A stretch of DNA of 64,000 nt. Source: Cycas panzhihuaensis. Its lineage: Eukaryota > Plantae > Cycadophyta. The notes beneath the pieces are model-generated. The model had not been told where the DNA came from. It did not search any database and worked only from the letters and a program-made list of their open reading frames with translations. The DNA lies in assembly GCA_023213395.1 (NCBI GenBank), contig CM041465.1:62875741-62939740 (forward strand). Reading direction: 5' to 3'. Below are positions 27,695 through 42,122 of this stretch, one piece after another; the stretch's first letter is position 1; every line of letters starts with the position of its first letter. The position numbers and the translations under genes are program-made.

Positions 27695-30190
27695 ATGGCG
27701 GTGGCTAGACCTAATCTAGTGAGTGGATTATCCCTTAATCTTTTTATTTCATCAATTTATTTTAATGGATTTTTATAGCTTTTGTAGCTTATTTTACCCC
27801 CATAAGGGCAAATCAAGATCCCTTAGAACTTGAATGAGGCCCAAAGAAGGGGAGGACTAGGGCATTAGGTAGGCTGGGTCCCAATAGGCTAGGCTTGGTC
27901 CACTTAGATAAAACTTTTAATATTTTAGGACACCCCCATCTTTTGGGGGGGGGGGGTGGGGTGGGAACAATGGCCCTACTGTAAAGATCATACTATCACA
28001 ACATTTACAGTAGAGCTACCAAGAAAATAGAATTTTCTCAATGGAGCCCAGATAAATATTTGTTGTACCACAGATTTTAACATGGGGCAGAGGATAAACA
28101 GTGAGAAAAAAGGGAAAAGAGGACTGATGGATGATGTTGCTAGGTCTGATGGAGCATGGGGTATCTAAGGGGCAACATGACATATGGTAGGGTGATACAG
28201 AGGGTTTTCTAACTGATTTTTGGATTGTTTGCAGGCTATTATCATGGTTGACAACTATAAGAACATCAAGATGGTGATGTTGAGCTTCATAGAGATGATA
28301 ATGAAGCACGATGGGATGACCTTGAGACACTAAGGGCTCTTGAAGGTTATTAGGATGCCCTAATATACTTTTGACCAGTGCCTCCTAGTCGATATAGTCT
28401 CCCATTAGGATAGATGGAGGCACGTATTCCACTATCCCTGTGTGGGAGACATTACTATCGTGACAGGAGATATTAGGTAAATACTGGGTGTACCGGTGGG
28501 AGGAGAACCAACATCACTAGGTATATTGCCCAGCACATACGCTGCCTATAGAGAGGCAACCACTTATTTTATAGGATAGGGCAGGTGGAATCGATGAGGT
28601 ATATCAATCCAGGCTATGGTACTTTCTACAGTTCCTTGGGTGAAGAAACTCATCACATTAGCCATTTTGTCCTAGATCTCTTAGAAATAGAACTACATAG
28701 ACATACCTGGATATTGGATGGTCATAATTCAAAGATGCAAGGTAGGTAAGAGGCTAGATTAGGCTGCCCTTATAGCAGCCAACTTGGTAGCACAATTAGA
28801 TCAGATCTAGTGGCAGGGAGAGGAGGATTCTCTTACTTCACTCTATTATTATGTTGGTTCTTCAACTACTTCAAAGTGATAGCAGCATAAAGAGGACCAT
28901 ATCCTATCTTGGTTAGGGCACTTATGGTCCATAGGTGGAAAACGAGGTTTAGGAGGATAAAGGACCAGGCTCATATATGATGGTCAGTGGAGGTGATGTC
29001 ATTAGACTTACTCACTCTCATAGATTTCACGATGGATCCATATAGAGTGATCCATTGGGAGAGTGATGATGTAGAAGGAGAGCTAGGGGATCAGCCTAAT
29101 GAGGGAAGAGGTGATGATGGAGGCTATGGGGTAGGCCCATTAGGGGCTGCAGGAGGTGAGGTAGGCCCATCAGTGCCTGTAAGAGGAGATAGGCCACCAT
29201 TAGGGCCAGCAGGCAGAGGGAGAGCTGTAGGTGGAGTTCTAATGGCAATAATAGCCATGGTGGTAATAATAAAGGCATGATAGCCCTAACAAATAGAGGG
29301 GTCCTTGAAGAGGATGGATTAGAGGCAGAGGGTGCCCTGACAACCCAGGTAGTGGGTGAGATAGTACTAGAGGTAATGGAGGTACAGGTAGCAGCAAGGG
29401 GAGCTGTTGTAGAGGAGGTGATCATGAGAGCAGAGAAGTTAGCCATCCTAAGAGGTGAGATTCTATCTTGACTCAACATCTTTTTTATCACTAACTACTT
29501 AGATGGTTTATTTTTAATTTTAATACTTTTGTATATACATTAATTAGACTGACACAGTATGTGTGGTTTGGTGAGAGTAGAAGAGATGATAAGGCTACTT
29601 AAGGCAGTAGTCCTTAAGTTATTTCCTCAGATCTACATAGAGGGATAGCCTCATATCCTAGCTAGTGAGGAGCCTCGATCAGTAGGGCCACATATAATAG
29701 CATTCACCCCATTAACCAGAGCTAGCGACATATAGGTGGTGGAGTCCCAAGAGTACCAGGTGAGGATAAGATAGTTGCAGGGTACCTTGGACAGATGTCA
29801 GGTGGAGAGGGACCAATTAGTAACTGATAGAGACACCCTACAAGGCTAGGTCTAGGCAGTGGAGGCTTACGGAGGAGGAGCAACAGGTGGAGATATAGAG
29901 AGTAGGATCTAGATCACCATACTAGAGGAGAGGCTCCAAGGAGAAAAAGGAGAGAGGGATTCTACCCAGGCAAGGTATGATCAGGCGGTGGAGTAGATCA
30001 ACACTATGTTATCGCGGAGTAGATCCCATATTCATACTACAACGATGACCTAAAGGTGGCCTCGAGATAAGGAGAGTGAGGTGGGGAGCTTACAACAACA
30101 CTGTAGGATCCTAGGAGGCATGTGGTCTCCTAGTGAGGGATCTCACAGTTGAGGAGATGATACACCTTGAGGGCAGGGCATCAAGAGGAA
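27695..30190 (+). pseudogene. Antisense 3-exon PMD gene of copy C, decayed
   Basis: Exon 1 is 27695-27718 (MAVARPNL). Intron 1 is 27719-28234 (GTGAGT..CTAAC..TTTGCAG). Exon 2 continues in frame: LLVDIVSH*DRWRHVFHYPCVGDITIVTGDIR*ILGVPVGG..LD*AALIAANL..LDLLTLIDFTMDPY. Intron 2 starts at 29455 (GTGAGA) and ends ~29574. Confidence 0.85.
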
Positions 30191-31009
30191 TTGTACATTA
30201 TTGATTTTAGGTAGGAAAGCATTAGACCTCCACATAGTCTTTACCATATGTAGACACATGATTATATTCCTCCTTACAAGGATTCCAGCTTCCTAAGGCA
30301 TGATGCCTAGATGATGATGTACTATATGATCTATTGTATGATATGATTTGTATACATAGACAAGGGCCAATTGGTACCCCATTTGGCCCATGATGATGAT
30401 GTTATGATAGCTTTGTGATGTTGTTGGTTTGTTGTATTATTTATTTATTTATTTATGTGATGCATAAAGAGATAGGTGTATGCATATGGATATGGGTACA
30501 CGGGCGCACGGGAGATTATGCATTATGATGGTTTTGGTTGATTGTTATGAATGATATTTGTTGTTAGAGCATATGTGGATGATACTCATGCTTCCTTTTA
30601 TGTAATACCACACTCATAGTGAGTACACATGATTACCACATGTATCAATGATAGATATATATGAGGCTAGGAGGGGGAGCCACATATGTCCACTGGGGAG
30701 TAGAATGGATATGCAAATGAAGTAATGATAAGAGGAGTATATATACTCAAATAAAAGGACCTAGTTAGGAAGTAATTCCAAGATCAGAAGTAAAGGAAGT
30801 TTGTATATCCAACTAGGAAAGGAGAGGCTCCCATTGGTAGAGAAACAAAAGATGTAATGTAAGTAATGAAATCAGAAAGATAAAGAGACACTCTAAATGA
30901 CCATTCCTCCTATGGCTAGGGGGAATGATGACATGCTTAGAGTGGTAGCTTAGGCTTATTTTAGAGCTAGAGGGAAGGGTGTGCCTAGTCTACTAGGGAC
31001 TAGGGAAGG

Positions 31010-32716
31010 TCACGCGTAAAAGTTCTTTAGGAATTTACCATTAATAGCTTTCTGAAATTCAAGACCTTCTAGGGTTGCTATCCTATAGGTGCCATTATCT
31101 AGGCTCTTGAGAATGATGAAAGGACCAACCTATTTAGGCCCAAATTTAGACAAGCAATCATGGAGATATTCTAGCTTTAGTACATGGTCCCTAGGATGTA
31201 AAGGGTGAGGGTGAAGACATTTATTATATATTGTTCATACCCTTGCTTTCAAGGTAAGATTTTCTTGATATGCCATCAAGCATCTCTCATCTAAGGCTTT
31301 GAGGTTGAGGAGGTAGGCCTAGCAATAAGATTCCTTATCAACGGGACCTCAAAGGGAAACACACAAGGAGGGGATTTCAACTTCCAAGGGGAGAACCACC
31401 TCAGTTCCATACATGAGGGAGAACAGGGTCATCCTTGTTGCTGTGCGAATGGAATTGCGGTATGCCCATAGAGCAGAGGGAAGTTGAAGGTGCTAAACTC
31501 TTTTGAATTGGGAAACAATTTTCTTTAAGATATTGATAAGAGTTTTATTAAAATACTCGATTTGGCCATTGGCCTGAGCATAATAAGGAGAAGAAGTTTT
31601 ATGGGATATCTTAAACTTCCCACAAAGCTTGTCCATCTCCTTATTACAAAAGGGAGTACCATTATCTATGATTAGGATATCAAGGACCCCAAATCAATAG
31701 ATAATATATTGTTAAATGTAGGTAGCTATAGTCTTTCTAGTAATAGAGGATAAGGGGACCAGTTTAGCCCATTTAGTAAAGTATTCCATTTCAGTCTAGA
31801 TAAACTTATATTGCGATGAGGAAGGAGGGGTTATGGCAATAATAAGGTCTAATCCTGATTAGGAAAATGGACATGATGAAATAATCAAGTGTAAGGCCTT
31901 AGAAAGTGAATGGATGATGTCGGTGTGTTCCTGTCACCTACAACATCATAGGGCATAGGCATTGGCATCTCTTAAGAGGGACGACCAGTAATGACCCATG
32001 TAGAGGATCCTCTCAGCCATGGATTGCCCCCCAAAGTGGCCCCTAAAAATTCCATTGTGGTATTAACAAAGTATCTGGCTCACCTTGTCATGGTTGACAT
32101 AGTGAAAGAGGACCCTATCAAAGGATATCTTGTACAACACCTCCTGTATGAGGAAGTACTACCTAGCAGTGGCTTTAACTCATGACCTCACCTTGTTAGT
32201 AGCATCAAAACAAAACTACTATTCAATAAGGCATCGTCCAATATCCCCATACAATTCATTATTAGCCAATGGATGGGGGGACAAGTCTTGGATAGAAAAG
32301 ATATGCTTATTTGATAAGGAGTCATCAACAAGAATTTCAAAAGAGTTAGGAATATGGGCATCAACTAGCTGCTCAGTGACCATCATTCCCTTCTTTGATT
32401 TCCTATTAACAATTAAAGATTATATTCTTGAAGGAGGACGGGCCATTTTCTAGTCATATCAGTCAAGTTAGACTGGGTCAGGAGGTATCCCAAGGGATTA
32501 GATTGGGTGATCACTTGGGTGATGTTATTGAGCAAGTAATGCCTAAATTTCTTGGTTGCGTGAACCAAGGCAAGGCATTCCTTATTGACGTAAGAATAAT
32601 TAAGGTCAATAGTAACTAAGGTATGACTGATGAAATAGCCCCTAAGGAGTCATTGGTAGCCGATGTGTAGAGGATAAAGGGTTGATCAAAGAGAGGGGGC
32701 ACCAAGAGGAGTCCTC
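31010..32716 (-). pseudogene. RNase H-integrase of copy C
   Basis: TLFSLMYGTEVVLPLEVEIP, K*VGPF..FLKNFYA stop at 31010; RH KKFRHYLLN. Truncated at ~32716. Confidence 0.9.
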
Positions 32717-33329
32717 ATGCTATGTAGATGTATAGCCATAATCTCGTAATTCTTGGCCAGATTCTAAAACCACCCTTATCAATTCCCTTAATAAATCTCT
32801 TTTTTTGGAGTCACCCAATAACTTTTTTCCTATAGTATAACAATTTAATCTAAGTATCTCATCTTAGGGGTCTTATTCAATGGTGTCTGGCCCATTCCCT
32901 TTTCTACATAGAGTAAAACTATGGGATAACCTTCCCTTTGCTATGCTTAGGAAAGGGATTCTCTTATTCAATGAATAAATAGGGTCTTTCTCCCTCAGCC
33001 CCCTTTTATAATTCAAGGGGGCCAACTGAACCCTTAATTAAAGAAAGAGATTTTTTAGCTCTTATATGCATGAAGTGAATCATCATTCATTGATAAGTAG
33101 TGAACCCCTTTCTACTATTGCTTTTGTTTTCTTTCATTAAATTGGATCCATGTGACTCATTAAGGTCTAATTCTTTATCTATTTAATACTTGACTAAGGT
33201 TGAGTTCTCATTGAAGAGAGAACATGATGCCCCTACTCTTGGTCCTGCTCCCCAGCCTGGGTCATGAGAAATCTTCCTCTTTGGTAAAGGATCTGCTATT
33301 TCCACTAAATTATGGTTGGGGTTAAGATG

Positions 33330-34850
33330 GGACTCATTAGACTACCTCTTTTGGGAATTCGATATGATCTTATAACCCTATATAATTACATTGATGACAA
33401 ACTCTATCTCTGATGGATGGTTCATAATTAAATGGTTGACACTCATAAAAGCTATCGAGCATGGCCCAAAAGATAAAGGTACACCTCGTTTGATTGATGA
33501 AGTAATCACCTATAGTCCTCCTATTACTATTGAAGTTGATTCTTATGTAAAGCTTACTAACATTGGGTATAATTATCATTTAAAAAGAAGGGCAGGGCTA
33601 TAATAGGGTAGTTTTGTCTTGTTGCGGGTAAACTGAGGACCAAGTATTAACAACTATATTATGACCTCCCCCTTCTTTCAAAGAAGGGAGCACTCTTTGT
33701 CAAAAAATTATTGCTTATGATTATCTCTCTTTGTAAAGATCTATTCCTCCATCTACAAATATATGAATAAGTGTCTCCTCACTCAAGCATGTAATTCCTA
33801 AGTGTATTATGCCTTGATGTTAATAAGTTAAGATTAGTCAACAACTATTACATGTAGTCTTAGGCTTCGATGAACAAAAACAAGTAGTTTAAGTTTATAG
33901 TTCCCTTACCAGTTCAATGCTCCTCGTCTATGATTGAAAGATATAGCTGGAGTGGGGATGGGGCCTATTTATTGGCTTAGCTCTGATGGGGTTTCTTATG
34001 AATTAAAAAAATGTGAGTTGATGGCAGTAAATAGATGCCAATGGAAACAAAGATATAATACTTTATGATAAGATAGATGACTTCGTTACACTTCGTGGAT
34101 TGGGAAGATCTAAGCCTTATGGATGTACAACTAGTAAAAACCTTAGGAAAAGTGTTGTCTTCTGGTCAATGAGATTATCTCCTTCCTAAGAATAGTGAAA
34201 TGAAGAAAATGGTTCGCACTTCAAAATCCAAAGAGTATACCATCATTGTTTTCCCTTACATGATCTCAGTAGCTCTATTACCTATAATAGTTATTTGGCT
34301 AGCAATGATCCTTATGTCTAATAATATTAAAGACTAGAAGGCTAGGCACTATTCCGTTATCACTACTGGAAACAAAATATATATTAGCATATGAATAACC
34401 ATTCACTAAATAGCCTTGTCCCTAATGGGTTGCGTAAGTGGTTGTTTGATCAATATTTATTGTTGGATGTTCATACTATACCAAAGTGTTTATTCCTTAG
34501 AGAGTTAGGAGAGGGCTATAGGTTTAATTGTTCCTTAGTCATAGTGATCTTTGATGACCTAGCTTAGTTAATCTATATTGATCATAGAAAGCATCAAGTC
34601 ATAGCTATATCCATTAGACATGGGAACACGCACCCAAGAATTATAGATTGGGCTAAAGCTCCCTCATGTTCTATATTGTGTCAATTATTTAAGAACCTAG
34701 AAACATTGATAGAAGCAATAGTATTTTGGGGTTGACCATTGAGAAGTAAAATTCTCTATTATAATTAATTTTAGTATAGAATGACTATACTATTATAGCA
34801 AATAATCCTTGAGTGTGCCTATTCTTCAAAAAACTGTAGGGTTTCAATTT
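33330..34850 (-). pseudogene. Possible L1 LINE ORF1 (DUF4283 / zinc-knuckle-like) remnants, perhaps two units
   Basis: APFF..HNIVVNTWS, SKLYIRINFNS..QPFNYE..VCHQCNYIG (33370-33700); second unit LLNGQP..WVRVP..INID/KQPLTQPIR (34420-34760). Motif resemblance only. Confidence 0.42.
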
Positions 34851-35154
34851 CAATGAATTTTGTTCTCCCCATGGCTAATCTACTCCTTTCATTCTGGATT
34901 TCTATTATTAGTATGTTGGTCAACCTATTCTCCTCCCTCATGCCACTCTGACCTAGAACCGATAAAGTTAGTGATGCACAGGGTCATAAGTGCACCCTTA
35001 AATAAACTAGAAATGAAAGTGTATCATTATTCAAGAAGATGTCAGTTTAGCTCAATTAATGTCAGCTTGACCAACAAGCATAAACTTTAAGGCATGGGTC
35101 TTTTTCAACACCTATATCTTGTATTTCCTATTATGGTTATTCTTTTTTATTTCC

Positions 35155-35480
35155 TAACAATAACTCATTTCTTTTTCTTTTGATTTCTATAACTTATTTA
35201 TAACAATAAAGTGTTGCAATATCTCTCTTTATTCTTTTGATTTCCACATAGTGATTTATCTATAATAATAATAGTAGAGTGCTATAATATCTCTCTTTAT
35301 TCTTTTGATTTCCGCATAGTGACTCATTTATAACAATAATAGTAGAGTACCATATCATCTCTCCTTGCTCTTTTGATAATATTGATAATGCCATCTCGTT
35401 AACAATAGTGACTCATCTATATCAATAATGATAGTGTCGTAGTATTTCTCTCTTGTTTTAATCTTTCCTGATAGATGGAA
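35155..35480. repeat. Degenerate tandem repeat, ~65-70 bp unit, about 4-5 copies
   Basis: Recurrent AATATCTCTCTTTATTCTTTTGATTTCC.CATAGTGA.T.AT.TATAA.AATAA. Confidence 0.75.
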
Positions 35481-38279
35481 ATAACTCATCAATGACAAAA
35501 CTCTTTTTTAATCATATATTAGAAATAAAGTTCTTTAAACACTACAACCTTCAATATGTTTTGAAATATGAATCTCTTTTTCTTTTAATAGGGGTAAGAT
35601 CTAATTAGAGAGCCTCCACTATCGTCTATAGTATAGGGTCTGATCCAATAGTGATCTATCTTCTATCAACCACTCAACCACATCTTTTCGAAGAGATTAA
35701 AAATAGTAGCTAGCTCAATTTTTTTTTTAATATGGGCAATGTCTAATAAGAAAGAGTAAGAGTATAATTCAATAGTGATATATCTTTTATTTAATAGATC
35801 TTTTTAAATAGATTTAAAATAGTAATAGTGTTGCCTTCTTTCAATAGGGGTGAAACAAAGTAGCTGCCTTTGCATTATTCTAACTGATAAATAGGCAGCA
35901 ACTTATATGACTGGACCATTTTATCAAGTATCACCATTGGTGGGTGGCTCTTCGCTATGATTATGTTACTGGGCACAACCTATGCTTGAACCGTTGACAG
36001 AGGGATTTAACTGTGGGAATAGAAGTCTTTGTTATTGGTGTGCCTATTGGTCACCACTTGATTGCTCCTCTTCATTGAGAGATTCTTTATTTCCTTATCT
36101 TATTTAGGGGGTAAGGTTGATGACAACAACCTTCTTTCACCACCTCTTCGATAAAGAAAGAACCAAAAGAAGAGGGAGGAAACATTTTTTATGAGTTATC
36201 AAATCTGTGCGTTAACATAATTGATAATAGATTCTTTGGATAACCTTTCCAAGAGCTAGAAAATCTACTCATAACATGGAAAATTTAGAAATCTAAATTA
36301 TTGGAGAGAATTCTAGAGAAAAGCCTAGATCCCATCATAGATGATGAATTCCATTACTTACATGATAGCAGGACACTAATGGAGTAGGATTGACTAAGCT
36401 TAGAATGTGTTGGGATAATGCCCAATATTGAAATGTGTGCATCCATGTTGGGCCCCTAAGAGGCATCTTAGGCCTCCAAAAAGCACCTTGGGCCTCCTAA
36501 AGCCACCATGCAGCCACCTAGAGCCAACACGGAGCCACCATAGCCACCGTAAGGTATGTTACTTTATTAATGTATTTAATATTTTATTTTTTATTTAATT
36601 TTTTCAATTGGATGTCAGGTAGAGGTGCTTGCCACCTTCCTAAAACTACATAATAGTGGGGAATGCATCCCTGGTGTTCTTTAACATTGTCATTCAATAT
36701 ATAAATATTATTTACCTTATGATGATGAAGTGCCATTTGTGATCCTCCTACTATGCTCCTCGATGCCAATAGAATGAACTTCAAGAAATTGATGGATAAG
36801 GAAGATTGGTAAAGATTCCTATAATTGGAGATAATAAGACCTACTTTTGAACAAAAAAAAGGCCTGAACAAAACCATAGTGGCTAAGAAGGCCCTGAATA
36901 TTCTATGGGGAATTATAAAGGTTAGAGTAAACTATGGCATATGAATAGTAGGATGAGGTAATAATGGTTGATTAATGTTCATATTTAAGTTTACTATGTT
37001 TTACATCAAAGTGATAGGATTCAAATCTATAGCCCTTTGTACCTAAAATAGATGTGCTAACCAGACTATGCTAGACCTTGTCTCACCCATACTAATCCCA
37101 ACTAAGATTCTATAGATGTCACTATTATCAATGAACTTGTAGAAAGAGGGGTACTACTTCCTCACTTGTCCTTAATTTAGTCCTCTTTTATGAAGCTTTA
37201 TCTTATATATGATATTCTTTATCAAAACGTTGAGTGGTAAAGACCAAAATGATGTAGCATTAGGAATTATTGATCATTGTTCTCCTTGAATAATAAAATA
37301 AATAGGAAACTTCTAATTGATCATTCTATACTATTATTTGGCACATCTCATTACATTCTAAATGATAGTGGAGAGAGGGACATACTATTGGTTAGACATC
37401 CTCATATTCTTGTTGCTTAACATTCTTACCTAGATGACAATTATCATCCATTTTGTAAGTTCACACTCTAGTGTCTTACTTAGCTTCCTTTCAATCAACC
37501 CCCAACATGTCCTGTCTTTGTTATTATCATGGAAAGACTTAGACTAATATTTTAATACTAAATACATGGGGAGAGAAAGACAATATTAATTTTTAGAAAG
37601 ATGAGTCACTATTTTATTTAGTGAAGGTGTTCATAGGTTTAGAAAAGCCTCCAACCCCCCTTAAAATTAAATGAATAAATTAAAAGATCCTCTATTCTTT
37701 GATAAATATTTCATTTAGGGTAGAGGCAAAGGGTTTGACTTTTACTATTAGATTAAGTGCATGGATCACAATTTCCACTTAGAGGTAAAGGATTATGATT
37801 ATTTTATCATGTAATTCACTAGCTACTATTGAATTATTTCATTTTATCATTCTAGTATGGTTCCATTACCATCACTAGCTTACATTTCAATAATGAAAAA
37901 TCAATGTTTATTCAAGAATGAAGGGCCTCTGAGATAGGAGGAATGAGGGAAGAAGAACCAGGGATTAGGGAGTATATAGATGAGGCTACTAGCTACCTCA
38001 TAACATTATGAAACTTAATATATCTAATCTATTGCATGTGATCCCCCACCCAGGTCTAGCCACTAGAATAAAGGATGGAGTAGAAAGAGTGCAATAGTTT
38101 CCTTTGATAAGAGAGCATGCATGCAAGGGCTATAATAATTGGCCTCTTCCACTTATTCTATTTAGTTATGAGTAATGTAGTAGATGGCCTTTTGGTGGAA
38201 TTAGATGAATGAGTCGATGAAGAAAGCTCATGCAATGATCGATGGACCTAAAGAGCTGGTAAGCTGTTGGGAATGCATG

Positions 38280-39100
38280 GAAGGGATGAAAAGAAGGCAA
38301 GCCACTATGTTTGACCCAAATTTACAAAATGAAGAAATAGACAAGAGAGATGATTGCTTGATCTAAATGAAGTAAATACCTTCCCTTCCATTCATTTAGG
38401 AGGGGTATGACCTGGCTACAATCAAGGTTGGGGCTGGTCAATATTATTGTCATGCCCCTGAAAGAGTCCCTTTTTAGTCTAAAAATAAGGGAATGGATGG
38501 AAGTGGCAACTTTAACTTCTAGATTTATAGTTACCATTCATGGCTATGGTAGGTATTTCACGAGACTTAATAGAAGCATCTGAAAGTTCTAAGTATTATA
38601 TTGTGTGGGATGAGCCCAACACACTCCTCAATGCCTTGCATCTAGTGCTCCCTTCTAGATCTAATAATCCCTAACCCTATTTAATAAAGAAGTCATTGAT
38701 AGGGATCCAAGACACTAATGAGTAGGTCTAAGATTAGACCGAAAACCATGGAATCATTATAGGAACTATCACATTCCCAATAACTTGTAAAGCCTTTCTT
38801 AAGACATAAGACTTCCCCTTCCCAAACTAGTCATAGAAAAAGGAGATTGGCTACTATTGGATCCAGGCCCAATAAGGGAAATAAAGGGTACTTAGAAGCC
38901 TCTAATATACCTTAAAGAATTAGCACCCAACTGGTCATAAGTCTATGACATACGAGAGGAGACCCAACCCATACTTCTCTAATTTAGTGTAGCCTAGCCA
39001 CCTTATTTTATAGTAATGACATGGCTCACTTCAATCTTTAAGGCTATGTATTTAGGTGGAAAATATTGGGGTATGGCTTTTTCTAGTTAGAAGTAGTGTA
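38280..39100 (-). pseudogene. Possible LINE ORF2 (RT C-terminal) remnant
   Basis: TINLEVK (INLEKS-like) followed by LNEWKGRYL..AIISLVYF (L.GWKG..LS..LPIYF-like). Very decayed. Confidence 0.3.
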
Positions 39101-40499
39101 ATGCAGTTCTTTCCCCTTCCCTGTGGATTCTCACTCATTTGTAGATCTACCTTTAGCCAAACACTTTTCAAATAGGTTACCTCATTGGACTTTCAAGGCT
39201 TCACTTGCCTACTTTATTTTCTAGATCCATCAGTAGGGCATAGTATGAGGATGGATCAATATCCACATGTTGGCTATTACTATTTCTCTTCACCCTAATG
39301 GGCGGCTCTTACTATATTTATATTCCATGCATGGTTATTATTATTTCTTTTGATAAGGAAAGGGAATTCACTCCTTAACCTCCATCTCATCATGATGCTA
39401 ATGTTAGGGAAATTGAGGGGCTTACTATATTATTAGATCCAACACCTTCCAATGATGATTCACTCAAGGTAGCTTATTGATCTTTTATTCTTTCTAAATG
39501 CATGTACCTAATTACAAAGCATTTATCAATGTGATACAAGGGAGCAAAACACCGATATTAAGCACTTCATATATGTGCCTTGACTAGAACTTAGCATGAC
39601 ACCTAGTTGGGGTTCGGGGTATATTTAATCTATATTTATAATTCATTATGGATTGTCTCCATCTTTACAATTTTCTCATTAGGCATTTGAAGTGATGGGT
39701 TATTCACCACCTAGAACCATAAGGACAAGAGCCTTGGACACACTTTGATTATCCCTTTTACTAAGCTTGAACTAGAGGTAAGGGTGAAGGGCCAGTTAAT
39801 ATCTAGAAGGGTATCCCTTTCCTAAGCGTAACAAAGGGAAAGGCAAGATTTTCCCCTTTCCTTTATGGTATTGAATTTATTTACTTGGGCCATCTCTTTA
39901 TCAATTACAAGGAGGTTTATTACACCATGACTAGTTGTTCTCCTGCTATCAATGGACCCATAATAAAGGAAAACCTATCATCAGTGTCTAAAGTAGATAG
40001 CCTAAATGGTCCATATATGGTTGAACCTAATTAATCAATTATTCCAAGGTTATACCTCTTCTTTTAGAGTAAAATGTAATGGAGGAAAGTGGCCAGATTA
40101 AATAATTATTGATAAAATGTAAAGGAAATGCTTTAGTAATAGTCACCGACATTTTTGCCCCAACCATATCTAGCAAGTACCCAATCTCTATAGTCTATGA
40201 GGCCCATTCTTTCTTCGATGTATGCCTCCCACTACTTTTCCTATTTAGATGTTATCACTTGCCCTAACTAGTAGAGCAAGAGGATTTTCCCCTAATACAA
40301 ATTATTCTAGTCCTGGAAAAGATGGGGAAGGAAGCTAATAATTCCCTTAACTGATCACTATAGTAGACTATCGCTTCATAAAGTAAATTTAACATCTTCT
40401 TTAGCATCCCATAAGTCTTAATAATGTGACTTTTCCTTCATACTAGCTGGTGGATCATCAATTAAGCAAAGAATAATAGGGGATATGATGGTAGGATGT

Positions 40500-42087
40500 C
40501 ACTCCTTCAGTGACAATTACGCACCAACAAATACCCAAATAACTCTAAAGAAAGCGCTTGTATTCCCTTCAAAGGGGTAACCTCCTAATTACATATAATA
40601 GCAAGGATATTCAAGATACTCTACTCTAAGGATCACACACACACATATAGCTCTTTGGTCACTACACAACCTCCTACTTATGCATGTAGGGTATTAAGAA
40701 GAGGGAAGAAGTAGAAGAAATAGAAGATATAAGAGAAGATAAGAGAGAGAAGAAGTAGAAGATATAAGAGAATGTAAGAAATGTATGTTAAGAATTAGAT
40801 CCCTCATAAAGTCCCCTTTTAAAAAATCTTTACCCTCGAAGCTTACTAATCTAAAGATGATATTGGATAAATTGCTCATTCTTTTAGGTTACATCTTCTT
40901 ATGGAAGCTATTTCTATTTAATGAGATACTCAATAATTTGCCTAGATTATAAATACCAAACTCTTTTATCGATGATATGTTCTATAATGAGTTGAAATTA
41001 TCCCTCCTTATTTAAGATAGGTAATTCTATTTAAACTTATACTTGTTGCCCAATTACCCTCTTGATACATGAAACATGCAAAGACATTATGGATCCTTTA
41101 TGGTGGTGGTAAATCAAATGCATATATAACTTCACTAATTTTCTTAAGAATTTTATAAGGCCTATTAAATTGAGGTTGTAATTTATGTCACCCATCTTGT
41201 TTGAGAGATACTTGCTTGTATGGTTGCAACTACAAGTATACCTAATTACCTAGTTCAAATACTCATTTACTTTACCCTTTATCTACTTATTATTTCATTA
41301 AATTTTATATAACGTTCTGATATTCTTTGAGTAGCTTGGGAATTTGTGTTATTTGTTGGGTGTGGTCCTTGACTACTTAAACCTTAGAACTAATTATGGC
41401 ATAATTGTTAAGTATGGGTGGTTCATAGCCATATAATGCTTACAACAGAGTCATTCTTACTGATGCATGATAGGTTGTATTATACTACCATTTTGCTAAA
41501 GGAAGTCAATTTTACCATTGGACCTACTTATCTGAAGCATAATAATAAAGGTATTCTTAAATACACTTATTAACCACCTCAATTTGACCATCTATTAATG
41601 GATGGTAGGATGAGCTCATTATCAATTTGGTACTAAGTAGATGGAAGAGTTTCATACAGAAGTTGCTAATGAACTTTGGGTCTCAACCATCAACTATGAT
41701 TATCCTTTAAAAAGATTTTAACAAATTTCTTTACTTTATATATGGCATGGATGCCACAAAATTGAGCATATTTGGTTAGCTTATCAATAGCCATAAGTAT
41801 AACATCTTTTCCTTCTGACTTAGGTAGACCCATGATGAAGTGTATAGAAATTTCTTCCCATCGTTGATTTAATATAGGAATGGGTTGCAAAAATCCTAAG
41901 GACTTGATTGTTTCTGTCTTATGTCATTAACACATTTCACATGAGGAAACATATCTCTTTACATCTCCTTTTTGGTCCTTCCAAAAGAAATATTATTTTA
42001 AGCACTAGTATAACCATAGGAAACCCGAGTGACCTGCTATTACGGAGGCATGTATATCATGTAAAATTTGCTCCTTGAGACTAGAGT

Positions 42088-42122
<35 letters not shown>

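Larger units (their letters stand above)
27110..32716 (-). mobile_element. Tat copy C fragment (RH, INT, antisense PMD gene and its promoter region); no LTRs
   Basis: Collinear with copy A ~100-5500 and with the reverse complement of copy D. Confidence 0.9.

Noticed and set aside
36970-38280. Unassigned AT-rich sequence (also ~39100-40500)
   Set aside because: No motif or repeat structure I could support; probably very old TE debris.
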